A stretch of 56,318 nt of DNA, counting the filler, from Sphacelaria rigidula (taxonomy: Eukaryota), in the NCBI GenBank assembly GCA_964200075.2. It is 5 parts of 5 records of this genome, joined end to end, with 100 filler letters (N's around TTAATTAATTAA, not from the genome) between each part and the next. Parts side by side here need not be neighbours in the genome. Positions count along the whole stretch, not along the records: positions 33,853 to 45,035 come from CAXNAA020005273.1; positions 45,136 to 56,318 come from CAXNAA020005274.1; 3 more parts are not named here. The stretch is one strand, 5' to 3'. This document shows positions 35,937 through 48,549 of the stretch, piece by piece (position 1 is the first letter of the stretch; each line of letters starts with the position of its first letter). The position numbers and the translations under genes were made by a program. The notes beneath the pieces were generated by a model that saw nothing but the letters and a program-made list of their open reading frames with translations, was not told where the DNA came from and did no database searches.

Positions 35937-38900
35937 TAGTTGTATAGAATGCCTTTGAGGCCCGCACGCAGTCGTTCAGCGTTCCACGATGCTGGTTCGG
36001 CCTGCAGTGGTAAGCCAAGCCTCAGCGAGATCTCTTCGGCGAATAATTGCCGAGCGGCGATGGTGATGAGAGCAGCCGGAACGCAGCGCGGAGCGCAACG
36101 TATGCGCATATGCATGTTGGGGACACTCAGGTGCGCGTCTAACCCTACAATCAATGGTGTGCACCTTTCTTTGCATCCATACGTGGTCAGTTCAAGTGCG
36201 ACAATCAATCAATCAATCGAAAATATAAACAACGTTCGGAATTGAACGAATTAGCTGGATGTACCGTACGTGTTCAGGAAGCGAACAGTGTACCCATTGA
36301 GCCAGTGAGCGCTCATTAGTTCAATGGGCGAACTGTTCGCTTCCTGGACATGAGACATGCGGTTCGAGGCCCGGCATGATCGCTTGTGGAAGGAAAGAGT
36401 TTGACATGTGGATAGTGAGGCTTGCGAGGGGCAAGGGGCCCCGGACATCACTGATATGTCATGTCGGGACAATCCACACCGCATCGCGTGAACTATCACA
36501 GAGACTACAGCTGAAACGCTTTGCCCCTGTGCGATGGGCAGCATCTCGAGATAATGTCAACCACTACAGCATGCGTCCTTAATCGGGCTCCACGCCCCGT
36601 AGGATAAGCCTCTCACGAGTTTATCGCGTTGACTCATATGACGTAAACCAGTAGCCATTTTCTGCGTTACGAACGGCACAAAATTCACAGAAGCAGCTAT
36701 CATGTCGCGCCGAACTGATGAAGACGTATACTTCCTCTGTTCCATGAGTAAAGGTCCTTATGGGGGTTTCATCGTTTGGATATTTTAATGTTGACGATCA
36801 TCCTATGGTTGGGTTCGTTAGAGAGGTGAAGCGCAGACGAAGCTGATGAAGAGAAAAAACGAAAAAAAAAGGTTTTCATCACTAAAATTATGTCGAAATA
36901 TACCTCATTTTGACCCTTTTGTTGTCCTTTTTTTATCCTTTTTTACCCCATCATTGACCCATTTTGGTTGTTTTCACGTTGAGCACTAGCAATTACATGC
37001 TAACAAAATTTTGGATGGGGCATGCGTAGGTTAACATGACGGACGTGTCCAAAATCAATGGTGGTTTCGCGATTTTTCGTGTTCCCGGGTCTCTCATGCT
37101 TTCCTGGGAAAACGAGCGAAACATGGCCGTTTTTGAACCGACCTACTTTTTCTCGGCCGCGCGGCTGCATGGGGCAAGCACCTGTTAGAAAATGAGGCTA
37201 TGAAGCCATGCTCTTCAACGCTTCGTATGGTATTAACTTTATATATATGTAGTGTTGGGATCGCAGGTACCGGTCACGAAGGTTTGGTCTGATGTGGGGG
37301 GCGTGTACTGTGGGATAGCAGTTGTTATACATGAAGTACTCTTCTCTTTGACCGTGTACCCCGGTGGGTGTTTTGTATCTGTCTTGCCCAAAAGCGGCAC
37401 CTTGAACACTATCCTCTGTCTACACTCCGAAGCAGCCTGTCTGCTTGCTTGGCTTAACCGCCATTGCGCCAACTCTAGCGACCACGACAAAGGGGTTCTG
37501 AGTGAATCCTTTAACAGATTGTACAACTAGTGGGCGGCAATAATTTTGACATGTGTGGCATATGCGTAGCTGCTCATCAGCTGTGCACGTTGTGCGTAAC
37601 CTTATTGCTCAAATCTGTTCAGAGTTTATTGAGCAAATGATGATTTGTTTGAGGCCGCTTCCCATAGACAGACAAAAGTCTCTGAGATGAGTCATTCCGG
37701 GATACTTCTCTCGGAGACTCTTCAGTGAAATCAGTTTTCAAAACTCCTTACGGGTTAGAGTTGGTAGAAAATCCTGGGGGTTTGTACACCAGAGGCCATC
37801 ATCAAGCCTGCGTGCAGACGGTGGTATATGTAGTGGTCATCATTAAATGCATTTTATGATCGTCCCACCTGCGGTGAACTAATACGTAAATAATCACGTC
37901 GAGGTACAGGATAGATGGGATGGTAACACACACACACACGCACAATAGCTATAGGTATAAAAAGGATCGAAATGACAGGTGTATCAACCCTTACTTCAGC
38001 CGACCGCGGCCTGGTACAGTAGTAGTGTCGCAAGCGGTGCAGTGTGTGCAGCATACGGTTCGTGCCATAACGCACACAACATTCTCACGTGACAGTCAGT
38101 AGTGCAGTAGCAACCGTCTCAGTACACAGAATACTACAGAGTTCGCAATCGCTGGCGAGCACGACGAGCATGACACGATGTGATCAGTCAACACAGCCAG
38201 CATGAGCGACATCGTGCTATTTTTTAGTGGTAACGCTGCCGCTAAAAAAGCACTGTACTGTCTGTACTCTCTGTCCCTGGCCCCACGGTCATGAAGAGGA
38301 TGCACGGAGTGTTGCAGCAGCTATGCTGTTGCCACGGTACTGTACATACAGCATGTACGGCTACTTTTGCACTGACTGTACTACACTTGTAGGTGAGGAG
38401 TGTGTGATGGAGCACTGACTGTACCATTGCGGGTGCAATGTGCGAAGAATGTGTGATGGAACGTCAACTTCCAGACAGAGAAGCGTCTCTGGGAGTCGAT
38501 GACTTTTGCCAGAGAGATTTGGAAAAACCCCGCTGTCTGGAAATTCATCAATTTCCAGAGATTTCCTCCTCTCATGAATGTGGAATATTAGTTATATCAA
38601 ATGTGACGCAACGTAAATCCAAGCCAGACCGTAAAAAATGCACGTTTGTGCATGTGTTCATCTATGCCATCGCATTCCCCATTACACGCCTCTTCTAATT
38701 TCCTCTGAAATCGTGCCATACGCAATGCCCGAAGCCTGTCCCTCCCGGTTCGACTACGGTATTTATGTATTATTCATCCCGATCGTGAATACACCAAGTG
38801 ATGCGAACAAAATTAATCTCCGTGACTGACCAATTTGCTTGCATCGACCGTTCGACCGTTCCACAATTTCCCTCACACTAGCCTGGATTGTTCACATTCT

Positions 38901-41397
38901 TCGTACCCGTTCCACAAACCTCAGATCCTGCTACGCTCCGATCTTTCACCTTTTTTCATGAAGAATGGCCTAACAGTACAGTATAATAAACGGCAATATA
39001 CAAAAAAGGGTACACCAGTATGCTTTTGGAGCAAAAAAGGGTAGCGCATTTTTCGCTTTGGGGCGCGGCGCTGCACGCTGGCTGAACGCCTCGAAAACAC
39101 GTTCCAGCGCTCCAACTCCACGCCCAAGGTCCCTGGGCAGCATATCCCACCATTTTGTTCACCTTCACAAGTGTTACTGGGCTGAACTACCGCGCCGAAA
39201 ATGAGAGCCTGTAAGATTACCCTTTTATGTAAGCAAAACAGGAAGGTACACCCTGCCCTCTGCTAAAAAGTTATACCTACCTTTTCTTGGTATACTACTG
39301 TTGTCCCTTTTCTGTCAAGTGGTGGCCCTTTTTCGTCAAGTGGTGACCGTACCGCCGTCTCAACGCAAGTTACGCCGAGCACTCACAACCATAGCCATTT
39401 TCGGTAAACCTATACCCCGCCAAAAAAAAACGAAACCCAACGACCAGAAGAGTGTAGCCCCCCTGTTGGTTGATCCGAAGACCTGGAAGATCCAATGATA
39501 CATACAGATCCCTTGTGTGCCGGACCTCACGAAGATCCAACGAACACGGGTGAATATCTTGCCGACACACCAGCCCGAACGGCATCACGCGGGGGTGGCA
39601 ACGTTGCCGGATCTGCAATTTGCGGCTCGGAAACGGAAATGGACACCGACCGGATTTCGGGTTGGAGCAAGAACGCCTGAATCCGACGCGGAAGACTGTA
39701 CAATCGGCTGTCTTCCTCTAATCGCAAAACACGCACCGATCGGGGATTGTCCACGTTTGCTAATCGCCTTGGAGAAGGCAGCCTAAGTCCACGTTTGCCC
39801 TGATGTTCTCACGAACAGAGGCTCAAGCTGTGGGAGCTAGATTGCAAAGCGCTCAGCAGAGTGCAGTAAATCAATACAGACCCAATACTGACAGCAGCAG
39901 TAATCGAATCCATGTGTCCCCACAAACAAAATAGATCATCTCTTTCTGATTCACAATACGAACCGGACCCAGCAGTTTCCCCAAGACCACAACTCTCCAG
40001 TAAGGACTCACTTGGAACTCGGAGCAACGACGGCAAGGCTGATGTTATCCTGGGCCCTAAATGAAGTGAGCTCAGATGCGCTCGGGGCGATGGTGTAACC
40101 ACCTTACGCAGGAATTATGTCCACATAAAATCATAATAAAATAAACAAAGAGCAGAGATCCTCCATCCAACGAACGTTCTTGGAACACTCTTCGTTGTGC
40201 ACATGATTATTGGATGTGCAGACATCAGCCATACTGTATCTCCCATCGACTATCCAGAACAAATTGTATATCTGTATCTTCCAACAAGCTGACGAGCCAC
40301 GGCAACCGATCAAGAGTCATATCCAACGTTCATTAACTCCGACATCTGATGTACACAGCGCCACGGTATCTTCTCGACGCCAGTTCCTTCAAATAAATAA
40401 CACCTATGTGTCCCGAATTTGTTTTCAGCTGCCCCTTGGCTCAACCCCATTTTTGATAATCGGTTGTTCAAAGCACTCAAACTCCCTTGCGCAAAGCATT
40501 CCCCACAATCAAAGTTACAGGGAACCATGTCAGGGGTGAACAGTCAGTGACTATCCTACATTTCCTCCCGACTTAATATGGCCTGAAGTGTTGAGCCTAA
40601 CAAAATGAAGGAGTCATCCTACGATGGGGAGGGGGGGGGGGGGGTTTAAGGCCACTTCTTGCACGAAATTCCAAGTCAAATCGTCGTTGAAAGTAGTAGC
40701 GGTTGTTCAAACGAGCTTGTTACAGATATATAACGCCCATTCATGCTGCTTGACACCGATTACAACCAAAAAACAAGCGCAACGCGAGTGTGGCAGGTCG
40801 TTTGGCACACCTTTGAGCCTATTTTTTGTGCAATCAGATACCACCCCCCCCCCCCCCCCCCCCCCCCCCCACTCCCCGCCCCCTCCGCACCCACCACACA
40901 CCAGCAAGANNNNNNNNNNATCAAAACAAAAAAACAACCGCAACCGGAGGGGGGCCGGTCGTTTGGCCCACCTTTGAGCCTTTTTTTTGGCCCACCAGAT
41001 CCCCCCCCCCCCCCCCCCCCCTATCGTATGCTGACTCAAAAGGGTGAACATGATTTTTGGAAATGCCCTGTTCTTAGTTGTGTTGGACGTTTAAGCAAGT
41101 TTCCACCATATTTCCGTCACTCCTGTCCGCCCACACTTTTGCTCATGGGTGCGTGTCACGCGACGAAGATCTGCAGCTGCGCTAGATGCTCTTGCGATTG
41201 TACATTGCTCCCAGGTTCCAAGATTAGCATCCCCGATGCAAACAGGGAACGGCTGTAAGTCGACTCACAGGAGCCCATCGGCGTTCTGTTGGATTTCATC
41301 GACGCCGGCTTGTCTCCCACAGACTCCCACCGAGGCCTACGTTGACCATGAGCTAGAATGATCACGGTTTGACGAGTCTTACACACTCAAAGTCTGA

Positions 41398-42680
41398 ACT
41401 AATATTCCAGTGTAGAATCGTCAAATATGATAGGTATATAACAAGCGACGACTAAAAAGAAATGTATGGATAAAGGTGTCACGCAGGAGAAACATACAAG
41501 GGAGAAACAGATAGATGTTTTCGTAATGAGCTATGCCTTGATAGCCATGATTTTGGAAGTTACCTCTGGGCTGGCTCGGAGTAAACGTTCGACCAAATGT
41601 TGCACTGTAGAATCGTCAATTGCGATTGGGATATAACAAATGATGGCTGAAAAGAACCGTATCATAAGGGTGTCACGGAGGATTAAGAAAAACGGAAAAT
41701 AACATTTTCGTAATGGGTATGCCTTGATATTCATGATTTCGGACGTTACACTTGGGCTGGCTCGGAGTACGAGTCCGAACGACAATTTACTGTAGAAGTG
41801 TCAGTTGTGATTGAATATGGCAAATAATGGCTTGAAAGAACCGCATCAATAAGGGTGTCACGCAGGAGAAAAACACACGGGAAAAGGTATCTTCATAATG
41901 AGGTATGCCTTAATATCCATAATTGTGGACGTTACTCTCGGGCTGGCTCGAGGTAAACGTTTGAACGAATATTTCACTGTAGAATCGTCAATTGTGATTG
42001 GAATATAACAACCGATGGCTTAGAACAACCGCATCAATAAGGGTGTTACGCACGAGAAAAATAACGAACTGAAAATAATAAGTTATGCTTCAATATCCAT
42101 GATTTTGGACGTTACCCTTGGGCTGGCGCGAGTTGATACATTGAACGAATATTCCACTGTAGAATCGTCAATTGCACTTGGAATATGACAAACGATGACT
42201 CAAATGAACCGTATCAATAAGGGTGTCGCGCAAGAGAAAGGAAAACGGGAAATACATATTTCCCTAATGAGTTATGCCTTGATATCCATGATATCGGACG
42301 TTACCCTCGGGCTGGCTCGAGGCAACAAATTGAGCGAATATTGCACTGTAGAATCGTCAGCTGTGGTTGGAATATGACAAACGAAAGCTTAAAAGAACCG
42401 CATCAATGAGGGTGTCACGCAGGAGAATAAAAAACGGGGAAAAATATTTTAGTAATGAGGTATGCCGAAGCATCCATGATTTTGGACGTTACCCTTGGGC
42501 TGCCTTGGGATGACAAAATGAACGATTATTCCACGGCAGAGTCGTCAATTGTGATTGGAATATAACAACCGACAACTTGAAAAAACCGCATCAATGAGGG
42601 TGTCATGCAGGAGAAAAAAAACAAATAGTAATTTTATGGCAATAACTTATGCCTCAATATCCATGTTACCCTTGGGCCGA
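41398..42680. repeat. Tandem array, ~7 units of ~180-195 bp
   Basis: Marker tgtagaatcgtca recurs at ~41411, 41606, 41791, 41978, 42158, 42347 and 42535. Further conserved blocks are aagggtgtcacgcaggag and atccatgattttggacgttaccc..gggctggc. Confidence 0.92.
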
Positions 42681-43996
42681 GTCAGGTGCCCGTTTCCCCG
42701 AGGTGCCCCTCTTCAAATGTTCATATCTCGAGATGGAGGGCGCTGATTCATAGTCTGAATGGATTGTTCGAGCTCTCTGGTTCAGGACTGTCTATTGAAA
42801 CCGCTTCTACGAGTTTATGCTCATAAATGGGGTACAGAAAGTATGCCCCCGTAAAAACGTAGTGCTTGTTTTCTACGTGCGCCACCACAACTTGTGTTTG
42901 CTTTCTACGACTAGCACCTGACGAAAGCTACACTCTTCAGTTTTTAATATATATATATATATACAAGTTGCCTATGTGTGGGGGTGATATTAATGTAATA
43001 GTGTCTACACCTGGCTTGAGGGTTTTGGTAGCGCTACGAAACAGGTGTTTGTTGGGGAGTCACGCTTGTGTGCAGGTCCCTCCCCCATGCATTGACTTCT
43101 ATCAATCCTTTTGGAACCGGGCCTCCAGCGTGCGTACGATAACGGAGGAAACAATTAGGGTGTGCACAAGGGGTCGTGCCTCACAACAACGAACGGTGAG
43201 CGTTGCATCATCACGGAGAAGAGAGAATGCCGATCCCGCAGCTGCAAAGAAGTAGCACTCGCATTCTTTTTTAACGCACACAGGCCATAGCTTTATAATA
43301 ACTATACGCCATGTTTCCACTGTTAACAATGTTTGCGTAAGATTGAGAGTAGAGGACACGATTGAGAGTGAAAAGCGGTCAGTCAGTCAGTGAATCAATT
43401 TTGTTCTGAAATGCCCCTCCACGAGGCCCGATTCTTTCTGTAGTAGCTTGCCACTGAGGCGCTTTATATCCCTGAGTAGGACATCGACGTGTAGCCGTAA
43501 GCACACACCAGTGATGGAGGCCAAGACAAGCACACATAGAATGAAAAAATAGCTAAGTTAAAGCGAATGACTAAAGCTACCGTCAATCCGCGCTCTACTC
43601 TCAATCTCACGAAAACGTTGTTTGTTGTAGTCTTTGTAGATACAATCAAGGGCGAGAGTGGAACAGCAATATTGAACATGCGGAGCATGTCAGCCCTGGC
43701 GGGTGATCTCGGCATGTACATTGTACATACGCAGTAGAGAGCGGACGTACACAACAGAGGAACGGGTCGTTTCTGCGTGGTATTGACACAAATATAAATC
43801 GAGTAGTAAGTACTCGTTGAGCTCGCCCACTCTAGGTGTTGGCCGAATGCACGTAGATGAAGATGCCCTCCCTCTTCCGTGCTCCTCTAGAGATAAACGA
43901 CAACCCCAGATGTCTTTCTTGGGGTTGTGATGCGCTCTGGAGTTCTTATGGGGGACATATCATTATATATTATACTATCTATTATCGTATTTGCTA

Positions 43997-44700
43997 CGAG
44001 CTAGGCCGACCTAAAGGCGGATTTAAGCTACTACAGCCATATCTCCTTGACACAGACTAGTTGGGCCGTGATCCACAAATTATACCGTTTTCATTGTCTG
44101 GTCGAAGGGAAGGTGTCCATCTGCTCGAAAGTATGGGCCGGTTTTTTCTCGTTTATTGAACCCCATGTTGTCTAGCAATTTCTATACCGTACGGAGATAG
44201 TGTCCACACTAAAGTGTGTATGGAACCCCGAACGATTGATACAGCAGATGATGGCGATTTTTGTGGTGTGGACATTCCCTGGAGCACAGGGAAACGATCG
44301 ATACCGTCAATTTTGCCTTATTCGTTTTCTATCTCGAGATATGGCGCGCATAAGGTTGCACATGAAATAAATATGTTACGAGCAGAGACGCTAAATACAC
44401 TAAATCTGAATATAGCGTTTCAGCTTTAGAGAGTTTTGCTCTTAAATTTGGTATGCAGAATCGATTGTGTGAAGTAAAATATAGAAATCGGCTTTTTTAT
44501 TTTTTTTTCATTTTTTTTTTCATTTTTTCAGGAGACTTTCAAGGAAAAATGCACAATGTTCTCGGACCTTATCTCAGTTTTTCAGCTCGATTTTGGAGTT
44601 GTGATTTGAAATTTAGCATGGAAAATCGTAAAGGCATGCTGCAGAAGAAAAGAAATAGGCATTCATTTTTTGTCCTTCAGGGGTTTGAGCGTTCTCAACA
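43997..44700 (-). mobile_element. Family T copy 4 (diverged, inverted, partial)
   Basis: Begins ta-cgagctaggcc and continues as the reverse complement of the right half of copy 1 (ttgggccgtgatcc, ccatctgctcgaaa, gtggacattccctggagcac, tatctcgagatatggcgc). Confidence 0.75.
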
Positions 44701-45035
44701 ACGTTTTCGTGAGATTGAGAGTAGAGCGCTGACTGAGAGTGGGTTTGATTATTCGCTTTAACTTAGCCAATTTTTTATCCCTTGTGTAACACGGGATCTT
44801 ATAAATTGGGGATGGATCTTTTATTAGGGATGAGAAACCCGGAGAATTCAATTTTTCGCATCCACGCCAAGTCTTCGAAATATGTTTCCACTTTTTCACC
44901 TATTGGTAGCTATTGACAACTGCTACACGCCATAAAAACTACACGGTTAGGACGAATCATCACGACTCAGGATCACCAAATAACAGCCGATTTTCGAAAA
45001 TGGGGTTGAAAAAAAAATGAGGTTCAACTCAAAAG

Positions 45036-45135
45036 NNNNNNNNNNNNNNNNNNNNNNNNNNNNNNNNNNNNNNNNNNNNTTAATTAATTAANNNNNNNNN
45101 NNNNNNNNNNNNNNNNNNNNNNNNNNNNNNNNNNN
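45036..45135. other. Artificial contig linker
   Basis: Same 100-bp spacer. Confidence 0.97.
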
Positions 45136-45205
45136 GTTTTCGCCGGACCCGGCTCGCACTCAATCACCAAGCGCGAAGCGCCGTGGTATGTTCGGCGAGT
45201 CGCAT
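45136..45205. repeat. Dispersed repeat at contig start (same as 22569)
   Basis: Near-identical to 22572-22640. Confidence 0.8.
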
Positions 45206-45231
45206 GAAGGGCGAGCTGCATCCTGCTAACG

Positions 45232-46050
45232 GGGGGGAGGGGGGGGGGCGTACTCATTTATTGCTTGCCTTCGTCGTTTGACCATTGACCACACATCCAT
45301 TTCAAGACGGAGCACCGTTCCTTCTTCTCATCGTAGGGACACCTCCACCATTTGGGGCGCTCATGACGTTTGTTCCGTACATTACGTACAGTATGAACCT
45401 TTGCCGACATGTTGCCCCCTTCCTTCCGTGGCCACCAGCTCTCTCCTCGCATAGCGACCATTGTATCGTTACTGAATATCTAATGTATCCATTTGATGCA
45501 TGTAACAATCTTTCAGCTTCTTCATCTCCTCTTCTAACATGTCCCGTTCCTCCTTGTCTAGTTCACATTCTCCAAGTATACGGACTCTACTCTCTGTTTC
45601 TTTGCCGCAAGGACCATTCTGTGCATCTAGTTCCTCTTCCATCCGACCACTCGTACATCTCTTCTTTCTTTCTGGCAGCCCCCCGCCCGAAATCGCAGTT
45701 TCAGCGTTTTTTTCGTAGTCCACTGGGCCGTGCGACTATGTCTCCATCCCTATCTCTTCTCTCACCCCCTGTTTATCTTCAGGTGTTCTTCCTTGTCCAT
45801 TCTCTGTCGTAGCGCTTGTTTTCCCTTCAATTCTATACTTTTTTGTACTGTAGCCTTGTATACCCCACACTCACCTATGGTCATAAATCTCTTCTAGATT
45901 CCCTCCAGTATGCTTCCATATTTTCTCGACGACGCTATCTCACGTGATTACAGCTGGCCGTTTTGTCACTTTTCCCCATACAACTCTATCAACTACGGCT
46001 GGTAATCTCTTTTCTGACATGTCCCTTACAGCATACTACCATTCTAACTA
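45232..46050 (-). mobile_element. Degenerate LINE (non-LTR retrotransposon) 3' fragment with C-rich tail
   Basis: Minus frames give broken ORF2-like text (EKRLPAVVDRVVW..., GPCGKETESRVRILGEC, a degenerate Cys knuckle). 3' end ggtcaatggtcaaacgacgaaggcaagcaataaatgagtacgccccc is shared with 21713-21800. Confidence 0.75.
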
Positions 46051-46561
46051 TCTCGCACCACCGTTTGTCTTAGAGGGAGGGGGAGGGGCGACGAGACGGG
46101 GGACGTGCCGATGCAAATTCTGTTGTTGCGCGTATTCATCATGAGTGTCTTGTCTTCATGGCATACGTTGCAGTGGCGGGGAAATGCATCGTACATCAAG
46201 TTTCCTAAGCGCCCCGGACGAACGTTCTGTGAAGGTGCCACGCGGAGCGTATACATGAAAATATGGCATCGGGTCAACAGCAACACGCTACAAAACAATA
46301 GTGCAACCCGTCAGAGAAACAGGACGCCACAGCCCGCCACAGCACAGCGTCAACCACTACTATAGCATACGGACGGTAGAAGGAGAGCTCAGCCACAACA
46401 ATATATACGGGTGATGCCGCACAGTGCAATGGCAACAGTGAGCCCGAAATAACGCCAGCACAACAGCAGAAAGCTTCACAGCCGCTTACCGTCCTCCCCT
46501 TTTCAAAATCAGCATCAACTACAACAACAACAAAAACCATCGTCACCGACAGAACTGTCAC

Positions 46562-46771
46562 CTTCTCTTCATTATCATGTGCAATCCGTAGCGCGGCGTC
46601 CTTCTCTGCCCTCATCACATCGGCTCGCTCCGCAGCCTCCGCGGCAAGCATCTCGTGCTCAAGGCGGTCGTCCATGACCCCTTCAATGTCGCTGAGGGCC
46701 TTGGCTTCCGTCGCGATGGCTTCGCCAAGCCTACTCTCCATAGCAAACTCACGGTCCGCCATCTCTTTCAC
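46562..46771 (-). CDS. Coiled-coil exon
   Basis: ggcag|GTG AAA GAG...GAG AAG|gtgaca, 210 bp, phase 0-0. Encodes VKEMADREFAMESRLGEAIATEAKALSDIEGVMDDRLEHEMLAAEAAERADVMRAEKDAALRIAHDNEEK. Confidence 0.82.
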
Positions 46772-47349
46772 CTGCCACATTCAGCGACGAAGGAATAATT
46801 AGGCCGAGAGCGGGGGCCGGCGAAAAATGTTGACAACTTCGCCAATAGAGCTACTGTACTGCAAATATCTCTCTCGGAAATGCTAGGTTCGTCGACTGGA
46901 AGCATGGTGCTGGGATACCAACAGATGATTGCATGTTACTTTCACCTCTATCGCACGAGCTTCAACAAGACAACTTCGGGGGGAAACACATTGTGTAGGA
47001 GTTGAGGTCATCGCTCGGTGCGAATATCGCGCTTCACCGCGGTGCCCAGACACGAATGAGTGACGGAATGCCTCCCTTGTCATGCCTTGCAGTGATTCTC
47101 TCTGTCTTTAGTGCCGGTATCGGGCACCGCAGCGCACTTTCTACACGGTGCGCACAAAATGGTCAACGATTTCCGCGCTTGTGTCTCCTCCTCTCCCCTT
47201 CTCCGTCGCTAAACGGCTCAGGTGCACGAGCTGACTGAGAGCGGATTGACGAGCGAGGAAAGATTGTGTCCATGAAGAACGACATTAGCGCTGCGGTAAA
47301 ACGAGATGCCAAGGCAAGCGGCTCAGCTGTTGCTTCGAGTGAGGCCACT

Positions 47350-47487
47350 TGCCCTCACTTAGGTCACGTGCCTCAGCATCTCGCGCTGCCGCAGCGCTCA
47401 AGTCGCTCTCCATGAACATCATGATATTATACTCGCTCGCTAACTCGCGCTCATTCAGCAAGCGCCCGTGGGCCGCTCAGCGACGGA
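47350..47487 (-). pseudogene. Frame-disrupted coiled-coil exon
   Basis: After the ccccgcag acceptor, phase 0 reads SVAE then reaches TGA. Adding one base gives SVAEAAHGRLLNERELASEYNIMMFMESDLSAAAARDAEARDLSE, similar in composition to the flanking exons. Confidence 0.5.
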
Positions 47488-48000
47488 CTGCGGGGTGGAG
47501 GGGAAATGAGGGCGCAAGTACCGTTGTCAATTTCATGAGCATCGTCCAGGAACCGCACTGTGGCGCCCGGCATGGGCGCCAGAGATGGGGAGCATCCTCC
47601 CAGATCGCAGCACGGGAGGTACTGTAGTCCGCTACTATTCGTTTCGGGGCGCCACGGTGCAGCACTAAATGCGCACCAGTCGATGGCGATTGAATCCTTC
47701 GATGGAATATTCGTGTCTGAAAACGCGCAGTTCTCATCTAAATATGCCAAGGTGACGTATTTAGTTCTCCATTATGGTGGCTGTTTTTGGGTCCCTCTCC
47801 AGCAAATGATCATACTCGTAGATAATATATTTATACGTTTTTGCGCGACTCTCCAGTGAATGGTCATGCACCAGGAACGGTAGGGAGCGAAACCACGGTT
47901 ATATAAACTTGCTGAGTTTGAGTCGACGCAAAGAAAAGTGTTCTTCCAGTGACCAGGGAGCGCTATGAACGTAACGGTCGTTGTCAGCAAGGCGCCTCAC

Positions 48001-48549
48001 CTCGGCCTCAAGCGCCGCCATTTTGGCTTCCCTTTGCGACCCCTCGGCCTTCAGCTCGATTATCTTCTGCATTGCCGCTTCTGTCTTAGCCTCAGCATCC
48101 GATACTCTCTGCCGTTCCTCCTCGAGCGAAGACTTCATAGATTCCTCGATACGCTTCGACCTAGTGGTGTGCTCGTGCAGAAGGCTCTGCGTGTCTGTTT
48201 CGAGTTGGCTGTACCTGGCTGCCGAGCGCTTCATCTCCTCCTGTCTCCGTCCCTCGGCATCCTGCACCATGCCCTCGAGCTGGCTGTACCTGGCTGCCGA
48301 GCGCTCCATCTCCTCCTTTTTCCGTCCCTCGGCCTCCTGCACCATGTCCTCGAGCACGCCGTTCCTGTGCTGCTGCGCGGCAAGCCGAGAAGCAGCATCT
48401 GACATTTCTGATGCAGCTTTGGCAGCGGCAGCATCGGCGCTAGCCTCGGCGCGGGCTTCCGCAGAAGCGACTGCCGTTGCGACGGAAGCTTCGCAGGCCT
48501 CGGCGGCGCTACGCTCTATCTCGACGAACTTCGCGTTAGCTATCGCGGC
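48001..48549 (-). CDS. Coiled-coil exon (Ala/Glu-rich) with an internal 25-aa duplication
   Basis: aacag|GCC...GCC GAG|gtgagg, 549 bp = 183 codons, phase 0-0, GC3-rich codons, heptad-like A/E/K/R composition. Confidence 0.85.

Noticed and set aside
40760..41025. Direct duplication and poly-Pro ORFs
   Set aside because: The two copies flank a 10-N gap with poly-C runs. This is most likely low-quality overlapping read ends.
41398..42680. CRISPR-like array
   Set aside because: The units are homologous along their whole ~187 bp with no unique spacers. There are no cas genes and the context is eukaryotic.
22348..46562. Coiled-coil exons as the N-terminus of the ZUP1-like gene
   Set aside because: They are separated by three artificial linkers between size-sorted contigs, so there is no evidence of physical linkage.
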